Below, one piece after another: positions 13,222-24,978 of a stretch of 64,000 bases of DNA. The notes under the pieces were generated by a model. The model was not told the origin of the DNA, made no database searches, and saw nothing but the letters and a program-made list of their open reading frames with translations. The position numbers and the translations under genes are program-made. Positions within the stretch are counted from its first letter, which is position 1; the number at the start of each line of letters is the position of its first letter. The stretch covers positions 328,042,001-328,106,000 of the forward strand of contig OZ024743.1 in the NCBI GenBank assembly GCA_964016885.1. Reading direction: 5' to 3'. This DNA is from Eledone cirrhosa (Eukaryota).

Positions 13222-13394
13222 GAGTCCAGAAATAGCCGTCGAAACGGCTTGAGCTCTGCCGTCGGGGTCATACTTTTTCCCACTCTACTACCCTAAGTAT
13301 TGAGTACTCTGGTGCGTTATGGTCCATCTGGTCCCTTACCATAATTCCTTTGTTATATATATATATACACACATACACGCATAAACATTTTATT

Positions 13395-13452
13395 ATGCTG
13401 AATAGTGAGTCTTGTTACTCTGGAGTCTCGCCTGTTTATCACAGGGTCATCA
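13395..13452 (-). mobile_element. Penelope-like terminal-repeat fragment with degenerate hammerhead
   Basis: Minus strand reads CUGAUGA-C CCUGU GAUAA ACAGG C-GAGA-CUC CA GAG-UA. Relatives lie at ~15390-15505, 16105-16260 and 25650-25733 (+), all next to (TA)n or (CA)n. Confidence 0.6.
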
Positions 13453-13800
13453 GGTATGTATATATATGTGTATATATATATAAATGAAAAGTATAGAAAT
13501 TGTTGTAGCGAGAAGCTAACTGTATTCCATAACATATATGTGACTATAGCGTCAAAATGGGAAAATAGTTAACATAAGATATGGGGAAAATAATTCAGAC
13601 TCAATTCAAAAGGAATCAGGATATAGATTTTCAACAGAATTTAGAGAAATCCAGGGAAAAATCAATAGAGCCTTAACTCATGATAAAACAAAGTCTAAAG
13701 TACTCAACCTTCAATTTGGGACAACTTCAAATGCTCTGTATAGTCTTGAAAAGACTATTTCACGAAAACTTTCAGTGGGGATGGTCACGGTTGGATCTCG

Positions 13801-13848
<48 letters not shown>

Positions 13849-15021
13849 CACACACCAGCGGGAAAGTATAAACTAGATCGCTGTTCCTTATAACTAAAAT
13901 CACATGAGATCTTTTGTCTAACCGAAAGATCAAATAATTGTTTCTACTTTAGGCACAAGGCCAAAAGTTACCCAGTACATTACTGGTACTTTATTTTATC
14001 GACAGCGTAAGGATGAAAGGCAAAGTCAACCTCGGCGGGATTCAAAACCGAAAGATCAAATAATGATTGATATTCACCAAATCACCCTTGTTAAAATAAC
14101 CCGGCAAATAAACACGTGAATTTACTCCTAACCTCTTCTTGTTAAAAGTCTTCCATTGTTTGACCCAGGGTCAAGCAGACCTATGATCAAAGACATTCCA
14201 ATACAATATATTGTATACTGTCCAAAGTGACCTTCTTGTTTTAAAATGGTAGGATGCGATTTGATGGGAATTTGGCTGTTATTTTGAGGCTTCCTCCGTT
14301 GTTATTATTAGTGTTAGTCTGAATAACTAGGCACCAACAATTAAGAAGAAACACAACAGAGCGAACATTATAACACCACCAACACCGTTTGTGTGTATAA
14401 TGCAATGTTTTTATAAATAAGGGCTATAAAAACAAACAGATAAAAGGCATGAAACAACTAGGGGCCTCTGCGTAGTCACTAAATCTGCAAAAGAAAGAAG
14501 TCAAATTTCCCTCGAATCACACCGTACCATACAAAGACGTCTACATCGGAGTGTTCGACATTGATATATACAAAGACGTGATGGTCACATCTAGAATGCC
14601 TTTCAGAATAAGTCTGCTCAATAAGGACCAACGTAGGGCTAAATAACAACAATAGCTACCAGAAAGAGTGTCATTACGTCCTTTAAAGTTCTTGAGTGTG
14701 TATAAACAGTTAGAATTCGTTCCAAACTGTTAAAGACGAATAATTCCACTATATATATCACAAGTAGGAAGTAACTATATGGTTGTATCAAACACGCATA
14801 AACATACACACATACATATATATAGAGAGAGATATTTGTGTTAAACATCGACTGATTTATAAAAGGAGAGAAAAAAACACAATGACAAAAGAGAAATATA
14901 TTTGAAATGTTTTGTGATGAAGAACTGGGGAGTAATTCCTATTAAAACATGTTACTGTCGAAATACGGTATATATATATATATAATATAAGATCAAAAGA
15001 TGGTTAAAGGAGTTCCATATA

Positions 15022-15088
15022 TTTTATTATGCGCATTTCAAAAACAAACATCATCAAGCAATAATATTTGTGTTTTCATCAGATAAAA
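15022..15088 (-). ncRNA. Complete type-I hammerhead ribozyme motif with long stem II
   Basis: Minus strand reads UUUUAU-CUGAUGA-[36-nt hairpin, ~15 bp including 3 G.U]-GAAA-UGCGCA-U-A-AUAAAA: 6-bp stem I, intact core and palindromic stem III (AUGCGCAU). Confidence 0.8.
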
Positions 15089-15768
15089 CAGGAGAACATG
15101 ATATGAAGGCTAAAAAACACTTGTGGATAGTGCAGTTTTAAATCAACATATATATATATATATATACGTGTGTGTGTGTGTGTGTGTGTATATACGGCAT
15201 TTTCTGGTTGGCAATCAGAAGAGTTTTCTTCAGAAAATATATCTTATAATCGGCTCACGTGTATTAACTGTTCATTCAATATTTGTTTTACGTCCAGTCA
15301 TACATAAAACACACACGTCAGTGTGTGTATATATATACAAATACACACAGAAGTGTCTTTTATGTACGAGTCTACATACATATATATTCATTTTATTAAG
15401 GCTAAATAGCGAGTCTTCTTGCACTGGAGTTGTTTATCACAGGGTCATCAGAAAAGAACTTCGGTATTGAGTACTCTTTTATCTCAGCCGTCAACCACAT
15501 AGGGATATATATATATATATATATAATATATATACAACAACAACAAAAACAGAGTGTCTGCGGTGATGCGATCGGACACACAAGCCGAAACTGCTAGGGT
15601 CCGCGGTCGGGATTTTACATGTCTCTATATGTGTGAGTTTGAGTAAACAAATGAGAGAGTACTCAAATAGGGTAGAGTAAGTTTATTCGAAAATAAAATT
15701 AGAGCTTGTGCTCCATTCATCTTTGGTAAACCTGATAAAGGGTCACACGTGGCCAACGATGGAGATGA

Positions 15769-16022
15769 GTTCATACACAGAACAAGAAACCATTAGCTTA
15801 GGTTTCAAGGTCTAGCCATGGCCATCTCACAAAATTGTGCACGGTGGTGCAGAATACGTTGAAGAAAGATCAAAATCGTGACCCAGTCATCAGACGCTGG
15901 GACGAATCACGATTTTGATCTCACTTTCGGGCATATTTCTGCACCACCGTATACAATCTTAAGAGATGGCTATAACTGGACCATGAAACCTAAATTAACG
16001 CTTTCTTGTTCTGTGTATGAAC
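15769..16022. repeat. ~250-bp fold-back (long inverted repeat), MITE-like
   Basis: Paired blocks gttcatacacagaacaagaaa/tttcttgttctgtgtatgaac, acggtggtgcagaa/ttctgcaccaccgt, agatcaaaatcgtga/tcacgattttgatct and cccag/ctggg around a short loop. Confidence 0.85.
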
Positions 16023-16362
16023 ATAATATATCGGCTCTCCCACTAAATCGAGCACTGTCTTTTCCTTCTTCACATTTCCGGATATTTCTTACTACACAAT
16101 ATATATATATTCATTTTATTAAGACTAAATAGTGAGTCTCGTTATTCTGGAGTTTTGCCTGTTTATCACAGGGTCATCGCTATTTAACCTTAATAAAATA
16201 AATATCAAACTCTACTTTGGTATCGAGTACTCTTTTCTCTCAGCCGTCAACCACATGCGGATATATATATATATATATTATGCATACATGCACCCGAAAG
16301 CGGGGGCGAGGTGCATCAATGATGCAAATATTCCGGGTAGATGGTAGACTATAAGAGCCATA

Positions 16363-16442
<80 letters not shown>

Positions 16443-16562
16443 TCAATTCAATTTTCTATGTCTTCATAAAATGAAAACTTGAATAACAAGAATCGATATT
16501 GTGACTATGTCTAATTATATACATATACCCCTTTGAATTTAATATATAAATATATATATATA

Positions 16563-16636
16563 TAATAACAAGAATCGACACACACACACTATATATATAT
16601 ATATATAGTGTGTGTGTGTGTCGATTCTTGTTATTA
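16563..16636. repeat. Near-perfect palindrome centred on (TA)n
   Basis: taataacaagaatcga(ca)n-(ta)n-(gt)n tcgattcttgttatta. Confidence 0.9.
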
Positions 16637-18300
16637 ATTCAAATTTTCATTATATATATATAAAGGTCATTCTATGACATCAAAATCTCCTTTACGTTTT
16701 ATATGAGCAATGATAAAATAAAATATATCTTTAATTTTAAAACAAAATATTTAAATAAAAATTATAAAGCTTATTATTATCATCACTATTATATTTTGAA
16801 TAAACAAGGTTAGATCTGATATGAAGAATAGCGGTAAAAATTTTGAGTTGACAATAAGTTTAGGGGTTGCTGAAGAGATATATATGGTAAATAAAGGATA
16901 TGCAAATGGTATATTGCACAATGTAATGTTAGAAATATGAATATTTGATGTGTTGGTCATTATATCTTACCATGTTCATCTCTGTAAAGTTCAATTTCAT
17001 CAATTGGAAGGTCCATGTCTGTTGGCTTCAGACTCACTCTCACTCACTCACTCTCTCATTCAGATCTACTGCTTCAGTGAGAGAGAGAGGGTGCAAGAAT
17101 CAGGGAGAAACAGAGAGAGGGTGAAAGTCAGAGAGAAGGGAGATAATTAGAGAGAGGTTAAGAGGAATACAAGAAGGTAAGAAAATTAAAGAGAGAGAGG
17201 GTAAAAGAATTAGTGAGGGTAGAAATGAGAAAGGGTAAGAGTGGCAGAGAAAGAGTTACTGTGAGAAAAAAAAGTGGGTAAAATTATCAGAGAGAGGGTG
17301 AGACAGTTAGAGTAAATGTGAGCGAGGGTGTGAGACAGAGAGAGTATATGTGAGAGGGAGAGAGTGAAACTGAAAAGAAGTATATGCGAGAAAATGTGAT
17401 AAAAAGAAATAAAAACGTGAATACGTGTGTCTGATAGGAGAATGTTTGACCGTTGGGAAGGTGACAATCAACCAAGTAGGCTTCACTTTTTAGTGACAAC
17501 ACAAGAAGCAGAAAGAATAATGCGAAAATAGGGTCAAAAGCAAATGAAACAATTAAACGATGAAATACTCGGAGAATAAATAAGATAGGGTTGGAAATAT
17601 TAAGGTAAAGAAAGAATAAGGAAAGGATAAATTAAAAAAATAAAATATTTGAAGAAGAAAGAGAGAATATAGATAAGACGCTGGAATGAAACGTGCAAAA
17701 CACAGTTACTTCCCTTGCTTAATATATTCAAAGATTTTGGACGTCTCTGAACACATGGACACACATACATATATACATAGGAGCAAAGATTTGGTAGCTG
17801 ATTCTATCCATTTCACTTTTTATTGGGTTGATTATCGACACTTTAGGTTTGCAATGAAGTTTTCCTTGTTAATAGTTTTTGTTTTTGTTTTTTTGGCTTC
17901 GTCGTTGAGTTCATTGTGTACTTTGCTTGGTTTTCTCATAGATATTCGTGATATTGTTAAACATGAGTGAATTATATGATTGTCTCTCTAGTTCAGAGGT
18001 GTGTGTATGTATGTGTGTTATTTTATATAGGCTTGTACGAACAGATTACGTGGAGCCTTGAATGGGAGTAGATAGATATTCCTTCGGATGTTGTTGAATC
18101 TTTTTTTTTTTTTTAGTTTATTTACAGTTTATTTATTTTATAATTTAATAAAATTACAGACAATAAATCATTTCACTGTTGTATAAATAGCATTGCAAAT
18201 ATTGATGGCAATATGAAAGAAAAGAATAAAATCGAAACCAAGCAAGGGGTAAAGAACGGTAGATCTGACTGATCAAATCAATATATATATATATATATTA

Positions 18301-18338
18301 CGAGCTGAGAATCCACTAAGGTGAAACAATTGTTCTCG
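18301..18338 (+). ncRNA. Degenerate minimal hammerhead motif between (TA)n tracts
   Basis: CGAG-CUGAGAA-UCCACUAAGGU-GAAA-CAAUUG-U-U-CUCG: stem I and palindromic stem III (ACAAUUGU) are present, but the core deviates from CUGANGA at one position. Confidence 0.5.
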
Positions 18339-18489
18339 GTATGGTGAACTAACTGTTGTGTAACCACTTCTATATATATATATATACATGTAGAGGACAC
18401 TCTAGTCTGCACTAATTCTCTCTCCACCCCTCATCATTCACTCTCCCCAGTCTTAATACTCCGCCTTCACCTGCTAAATATCACACGCA

Positions 18490-18872
18490 CCTTGTCGATG
18501 TCGAACTTGCTTACCGCCGCCCTCCAACCCTCACCCCTGATACACCTCACCTGCCTAACTCATGCATAGAAGCATGAAAGCTGGACACGCTCGACATCCG
18601 ATCTCCCACAATGTCGTTGCCACTACAAAAATTACAAAGTCTAGCCTGTATACTGATCTGGTGCTGTAACAACAAAAGTACCTAGACCATCCTGTAAAAT
18701 GGACATGAGCAAAAGCACCCAGTCTACCCTGTAAGGTACCATCCAGTCCACCTTGTAAGGTGCTCATGCTGGTGACACGACAAAAAGCACCTAGTCCACC
18801 CAGTAATGTGGTTGTTTTGGTGCCATGATAAAAAGCACCCAGTCCACATTGTAACATGGCTGGTGTTAAGAA
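18490..18872 (+). mobile_element. SINE-like family with variable internal ~40-bp tandem repeats
   Basis: Repeated ggtgacacgacaaaaagcacccagtccaccctgtaa unit followed by ggttggtgttaggaagggcatccagc; fuller copies end in a (GAT)n tail. Copies at ~380-730, 41390-41947, 44860-45130, 46443-46725 and 59800-60020. Confidence 0.65.
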
Positions 18873-18879
18873 GATGAAT

Positions 18880-20720
18880 GGTGATTATCAAAAGCAGCCA
18901 AGCATCATACTACTGTTGATAGAAAGGCTATAAAAACCTTCTATGAAGGTATAAAAGGTTTGTTGCCTCTAACAATGTAAGTCCTCACTGGTATTAACAT
19001 CAGATTGATCTACTTTGCTAACAGATAAAAATGATATTCTCAATTGCTGGAAAGAACACTTTGAAACAGTTTTGAATTCTCCATCTGATGTGGATCATAA
19101 TGTCATTGACTCAATTCCTTTAACACTTTAGCATTCTCATTACTCTATATTTACTGTTGTATTTTCACAGATAAGACTTTATCTTACATAATATCGAATC
19201 TATGAGATTTTGATATTATTTATTTTGAGAACCATACCTGTTTTGACCAGTTTGAACAAAAAGAGATGAGAGAATTCTGGCGAGATATGGCTGGTTTAAA
19301 TACTAAAGGATTAAGGCTGGAAATCCTTGAAGTGGTCTTTGACGTGACATGCCAAAGTCAAGACAGCTATAAAGAAAATAGTATCAGATAAATCACCTGC
19401 TGATGATGCAATACCAGCCAAGGTATACAAATATGGAGGCAACATACTTGTGTGTAAACTCTTGGATTTGTTCATTCTGATTTGGAAGAATGGCCAGGTT
19501 CTCAGGAATTTAAAGACTTGTCTTTTTAAATGAAAAGAGGAAAAAGAATTGTGTGACAATCATTGAATAAGACCCTTCCTTGACTTATTCTCAACATAAT
19601 AATAACTCACCTGGTAGATCATGTTTATCCTGAATCCCTGTGTGGCTTCAGAGCCGGGAGAGGAACCATTGACATCATATATTTCTTGTGGCAGGTTGCA
19701 AAGAAGGAACAGGAGTGAACTATTTATAATCTTTGTTGACTTGACAAAGGCTTTTGACTCCATCAATCATGATACTTTGTGGTCAGAGCTGAAGAAGATA
19801 TGCAATGTCATAATATCTTTCTATGGAAACATGCAAGCTTGTCTTAAGTCATATGACATTTCATCACATCCTTTCCATATAAAAAAATTAGACAAAGCAG
19901 GGATGCATTTTGGCCCCTGCTTTGTTTGTTATTTACTTTTCTCTAATGTTAGAGTATGCCTTCAAGGATTACAGTAATGCTGTTTTGTTTGAATTTAGAA
20001 CATAAGGTGGGCTCTTTAATCACTAAAGATTTAAGGTAAAGACCCTTATAAGGATCAAAATGCTTTTAGACTTGTTGTTCACTGATGCTACAGCTCTAGT
20101 AACTAATTTTTCCAGGAAGCACAAGAAGTCATAAACCAGTTTTCCACAGCAACAAAAGCATTTGGCCTAACAATAAGTGGGGGGAAAAAAAGTTATATAT
20201 CAGCTGAAACATATGTCAAATTATTGAGAACCACAAGCTTTTAAAGTATGCAAATCCATTCCTATATTTAGAAAGTAAAATCAATACTAGTGCTTTTTTA
20301 GATGATGAAATAGTAAATAGGATTGCTAAGACTAGTGGTGATACAGTTGGAAAGCTGCAAGCAAGGGTATTGAGTGAGAGAGGACTGAATTTGAAAACCC
20401 AAATCTCAGTTTACCATGCAGTTGTCATCTGAACATTGCTGTATGGGTTGTGGACACAATATAGAAAACATATCATACAACTAAATACTTTCCACAAAAG
20501 ATGTCTTAAAATTTCATATAAACAATTGTTTCATAAATGTAATATACAAACAGAGAACTCCTTGTTGCAGTCTCAAATAAGATAGGCTGGCCATGTTGTT
20601 AGGATGAATGATGAAAGACAATTGAAATATTCTCACTTTTGACCAACTTTGGGTAGGGGTGTAATGAAGGAAGACCTCTTCTTAGATAGGTTAGACATTG
20701 CTTGAGTCAATAATGGCTCA
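18880..20720 (+). pseudogene. Highly degenerate RTE-clade LINE reverse transcriptase
   Basis: Interrupted motifs: CWKEHFETVLNSPS (~19045), DKSPADDAIPAKVYKYGG (~19390), IFVDLTKAFDSINHDTLW (ORF 19621-19977), LLFTDA (~20072) and AGHVVRMNDERQ (~20587). Many stops and frameshifts; interrupted by a MITE at 19124-19310. Confidence 0.8.
19124..19310. mobile_element. TTAA-flanked (piggyBac-type) MITE
   Basis: TTAA on both sides; internal sequence shared with 26908-27104, ~28271-28462 (-) and 49708-49918. Confidence 0.75.
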
Positions 20721-22989
20721 AACCTATCAAAGTTATAAGCTGAAAGAGTTACTACCCACCTAAGTATGTCACAGGACCATGTTTCATATATCATCATTTG
20801 CATCATCATCATCATCATTTAATTCCATTTTTCCCCTGCTAGCTAGGGTTGGATGGGCCTTCATAGGTCAAATCAGTACTGAAGTGTGGCTACTAACTTC
20901 CCAGACAAGCTGAGAGTCTGCATCTTTCTTACATAGTCTCACATTCTACCAAGACCACCAGCACAAGATAGAAGTTGTCATGTCTTTGACACAACTGAAG
21001 GGTCCTCCCAACCCTATATTTAACAAATTTTCTATGACTGGATGCCCTTCCTATCACCAATCTCTTTACAGTAGGTACTGGATGAGTTTATCATGTAGAC
21101 CTGCAAACACTAGGGAGGCTGTCATATCCTTGACACAACTGAAAGGTTCTCCCAACCCTTTTTTTGTCATCACAGACCAGTCAGTACTCAAATGGATTCA
21201 TTGACCTCTAGGGATGGTTAGACATATGATCCCATGCTCTACGGAGTGCCTTTTATCATGGCACCAACCCTAGGGAAGCTGTCGTGTCTTTGACACAGTC
21301 GAAGAATCTTCCTAGCCCTTTGTTTGGCATGTTTTCATGTTTTTTTTGTATTATAGATTCTATGGCTGGATGCCCTTTCTAACACCAACCACTTCACAAA
21401 TACCTTGTGTATTTTATCAGGGCACTTACTCGAAGAAATGTCATATTCTTCACTATACAGTCCTGTGTGAGATCTGTTAGATCTCACTCACTGTTAGATC
21501 TCACTCACTGTCTCACACACATTCACATACATACTTTCACTCACACATACACATACACATATTTATTTATATATATATACATATATATAGAGAGTATATA
21601 TAGACCTATATATGAAATTTGAAATGTAGTCATCCTAACGTAAATAACTATAATTGTTTCTACTTTAGGCACAAGGCCTGCAATTACTCAGTGCATTACT
21701 GGTACTTTATTTTATCGACCCCGTAAGGATGAAAGGCAAAGTCAACCTCGGCGGGATTTGAACTCAGATCGTAAAGGGACGTAACTATGCTGGAAAGCAT
21801 GGCGTCCGACCCTCTACTGATACTGCCAATCCACCGCCATAAATAACTATAATAATAGTCAATCACTATGAATAATAGTTGAGTAAAGTATCCCTGTGGA
21901 GGTGCATGGCCTAGTGGTTTGGGTGTTGAACTTACAATCATAATGTCATGGGTTGAATTCCAGGGCTGGACTGTGTGTTGTATTCTTGAACAAAACATTT
22001 CACATTGTAATATACCCAGCTGAAAATGAGTACCAGCAATGTCTGGTGTCCTGTCCAGAGGGTAGTCTTGTACTCTCAGTTGCTTCATACCATGGAAACC
22101 AGGATAAACACCAGTCTGATAAGCTTCCAGGCTTGAGACAGACTTTAGACTTTAGAAAGTATCCCTGGAGATACTTTGAAAGTATCACAGCGGTGCCTGC
22201 AAGGAATTGAATCCCACATCTCTTGGTTGCCAGGGTAAGTGGGTTAACCATTACACTCAAGGGTCCCTGGACACCAATTGTTGTCTTTTGGAAGATTTTA
22301 GGCCTGTATCTAGAAGCGTAAATATCCAGTTAACTTAAGAAACATTGGGAAAATTTTCAAATTTAATATGTAGTAGTCCCAGCTGAAATGACTATAATAA
22401 TGATTTCTACCAAGCAATTTTGGGGGAGGGGAAAGTTGATTAAATCGACCCAGTGCATTACTGGTACTTTATTTTATTGACTCCATAAGGATGAAAAGCA
22501 AAGCTAACCTTGGCAGGATTTGAACCCACATCGTAAAGGTTCATACCTCTATGCTGCAAAACATTGTCTGACACTCTACGGATACTGCCAATCCACTGGC
22601 CTTGAAATAACTAATAATTGTTTTTACTTTAGGCACAAGGCCAGCAATTTGAAGGGAAGGGGAAAGTCGATTAAATCAATCCCAGTGTATTACTGGTGCA
22701 ATATTTTATCAACCCCTTAAGGATGACAGGCAAGATTTGAACTCAGAACGTAAAGGGCAGTAACTCTATGCCGCTAAGCATGTTGTCCAACACTCTACCG
22801 ATTCTGTCAAATAGTTAATCAACAGAGTTATTTTACTAAACTTCCTTCAAATTCTTGATTATTTTCACAATTATTTGGAACACATAGGCAGCATCTTTCA
22901 TTAGATATATGGTAACAAAATGGTGAATTATCATCATTTTACGTCCGCTTTTCCCTGCTTGCAATAAATTTAATTATCATAGATAGCTT

Positions 22990-24978
22990 CTAACTATTGG
23001 AGATGCAAAAAATTGCCCTTGCACACCTTAAATACTGCCCTTCACCATGTCTCAAGGACACACTCACCATATCGAACTTCTTGATAACATTAAGGTGTTC
23101 TGGAAGTATGTTCACTCAAAGCAGAGGCCTCACTCTCCAGTTGGTCCTCTTCGCAATCCCCACACAAGCCAGGTTACTGACGACCCCAAGGAATGCGCAG
23201 AGCTCATTGCTGAATGCTATGCAGGCATTTTCACTATTGAAGACCAGAGTGTACCATCTCCACCACCTATGACACCGGACTCTATTACAACCATCGAATT
23301 TACATCTGCAATGCTGCGACGTCACCTAAAATATAAACGCAACCATGCCTCTCCTGGTCTTGATGGTGTTACGTACCTGCTTCTTAAACGTGGTGGGTAC
23401 TTCCTTCTGCACCAGTTATCACGCTTCTTCCAATTCTGTCTGAACAACAGTGCTACTCCAGAACAGTGGAAAACTGCCAGTGTCCATTCCTCTGTTCAAA
23501 AAGGGTGACCGCACATCACCTGTGAACTATCGTCCAGTCAGTCTTACTAGTTGCATCGCCAAACTGATGGAATCCTGTGTCAGAAAAACACTTTGGAACT
23601 TCTGGAGCTCTCACAGTCTTATCCGGCCCTCGCAATTTGGATTTATCCCCAACTCCAGCTGCTGTGATCAACTTATAGAGTTTCTTGAGGACATCACCCG
23701 GATCACTGATGGCGGCTCATGGGTGGATGTTGTTTACTTTGACTTTGTGAAAGCCTTCAATTCTGTGCCACACAAAAGGCTTATGGCAAAACTCTCTGCA
23801 ATGGGTGTGAAGGATGATCTTTTTAACTGGTTGAAGTCCTTCATTCTCAGTCGAAGAGAGGTAGTCACGGTTCTGGGACAGCATTCCTCACCATATGAGA
23901 TGTCATCTGGTGTACCACAGGGATCTGTTCTTGGCCCCCTTTTGTTTGTGGCATATATTAATGACATAGATGCCAACTTAAAGAATTCCACGGTACTAAA
24001 GTACGCAGATGACCTCAAGCTGTACCTTAAGATAAAAAGGACAGATCCTGAACACTATAGATCTTGCTTGCAGTCTGATCTGGACACAATGCAACAATGG
24101 ATCTGACTGGCAACTCAAACTAGCTGTGGACAAGTGCACCACCATGCATTTTGGGAGTAAAAACCCAGCGTCCACATACTCCCTCGACAGCACTAATATC
24201 AAGAAGTCTGCTTGTGAATGTGACCTGGGCATTACGGTCAGCAGCGATTTGCGTTGGACGAAGCACGTCTCTAAAATTGTCAAGAGGGCCGAGGGTGTCT
24301 TAGCATCACTCAGCAAGACCTTTGTCAGCCGCTCTCCAGATATCTATTTAAGGCTGTACATGGCTATGGTGCGGCCACACTTAGAATTTGCATCACCAGT
24401 CTGGAACCCCTATCTTGCTCAGAACATTGACCGCCTGGAAACTGTTCAGAGACGTGCAACCAAGCGAATACCCTCCATCAAGCATCTATCATACTCTGAG
24501 CGCCTTGCTTCCCTGGGCATGGATACATTGAAGCTCCGACGCCTGGCAACTGACTTGGTAAACACCCACAAAATTGTTAACCATCTTGCCAACAACAACC
24601 CTGAGTACCTTTTTGATTTCCATGTGTCTAACACACGTTGACATGCCCACAAAGTCAGAAAACAGCACAGTTCCCATGACTTTCGGAAACATTTTTTCAT
24701 GCTCAGAGTTGCTGAAGCATGGAACAAACTACCTGTATCAGTTGTTAGCTGTCGAGACACTGCATCCTTTAAGGCCTCCATGCTTCCCGAGATCCGCCAA
24801 CACTACAGCTAATGTTCCCCCTCCATACACATACACACATGTATACCATGACTCATACACTATTCACTTCCCTGCCATTTATGTATTATTCTATGTACTA
24901 TACATACACCTTTGACGAGTTATAGCGCACCTGAGCACTTTACACAATAATTTCATTATTATTATTATTATTATTATT
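22990..24978 (+). mobile_element. 5'-truncated CR1-group LINE (RT pseudogene, 3' UTR, (ATT)n tail)
   Basis: ORFs 23047-23508, 23450-24106 and 24126-24641 carry SPGLDG, NYRPVSLTS, DFVKAFNSVPH, GVPQGSVLGPLLF, YADD and RPHLEFASPVWNP. Two frameshifts and a stop at 24639; tail (ATT)n at 24956-24978. Confidence 0.93.

Noticed and set aside
13218-13260. acgagtccagaaatag...gtcgaaacggc resembling a schistosome-type hammerhead
   Set aside because: CUGA is missing and stem II does not pair; only a local gccgt/acggc hairpin is supported.
16280-16350. GC-rich structured insert between (TA)n tracts as an HDV-like ribozyme
   Set aside because: I could not build the nested double pseudoknot; only simple hairpins are visible.
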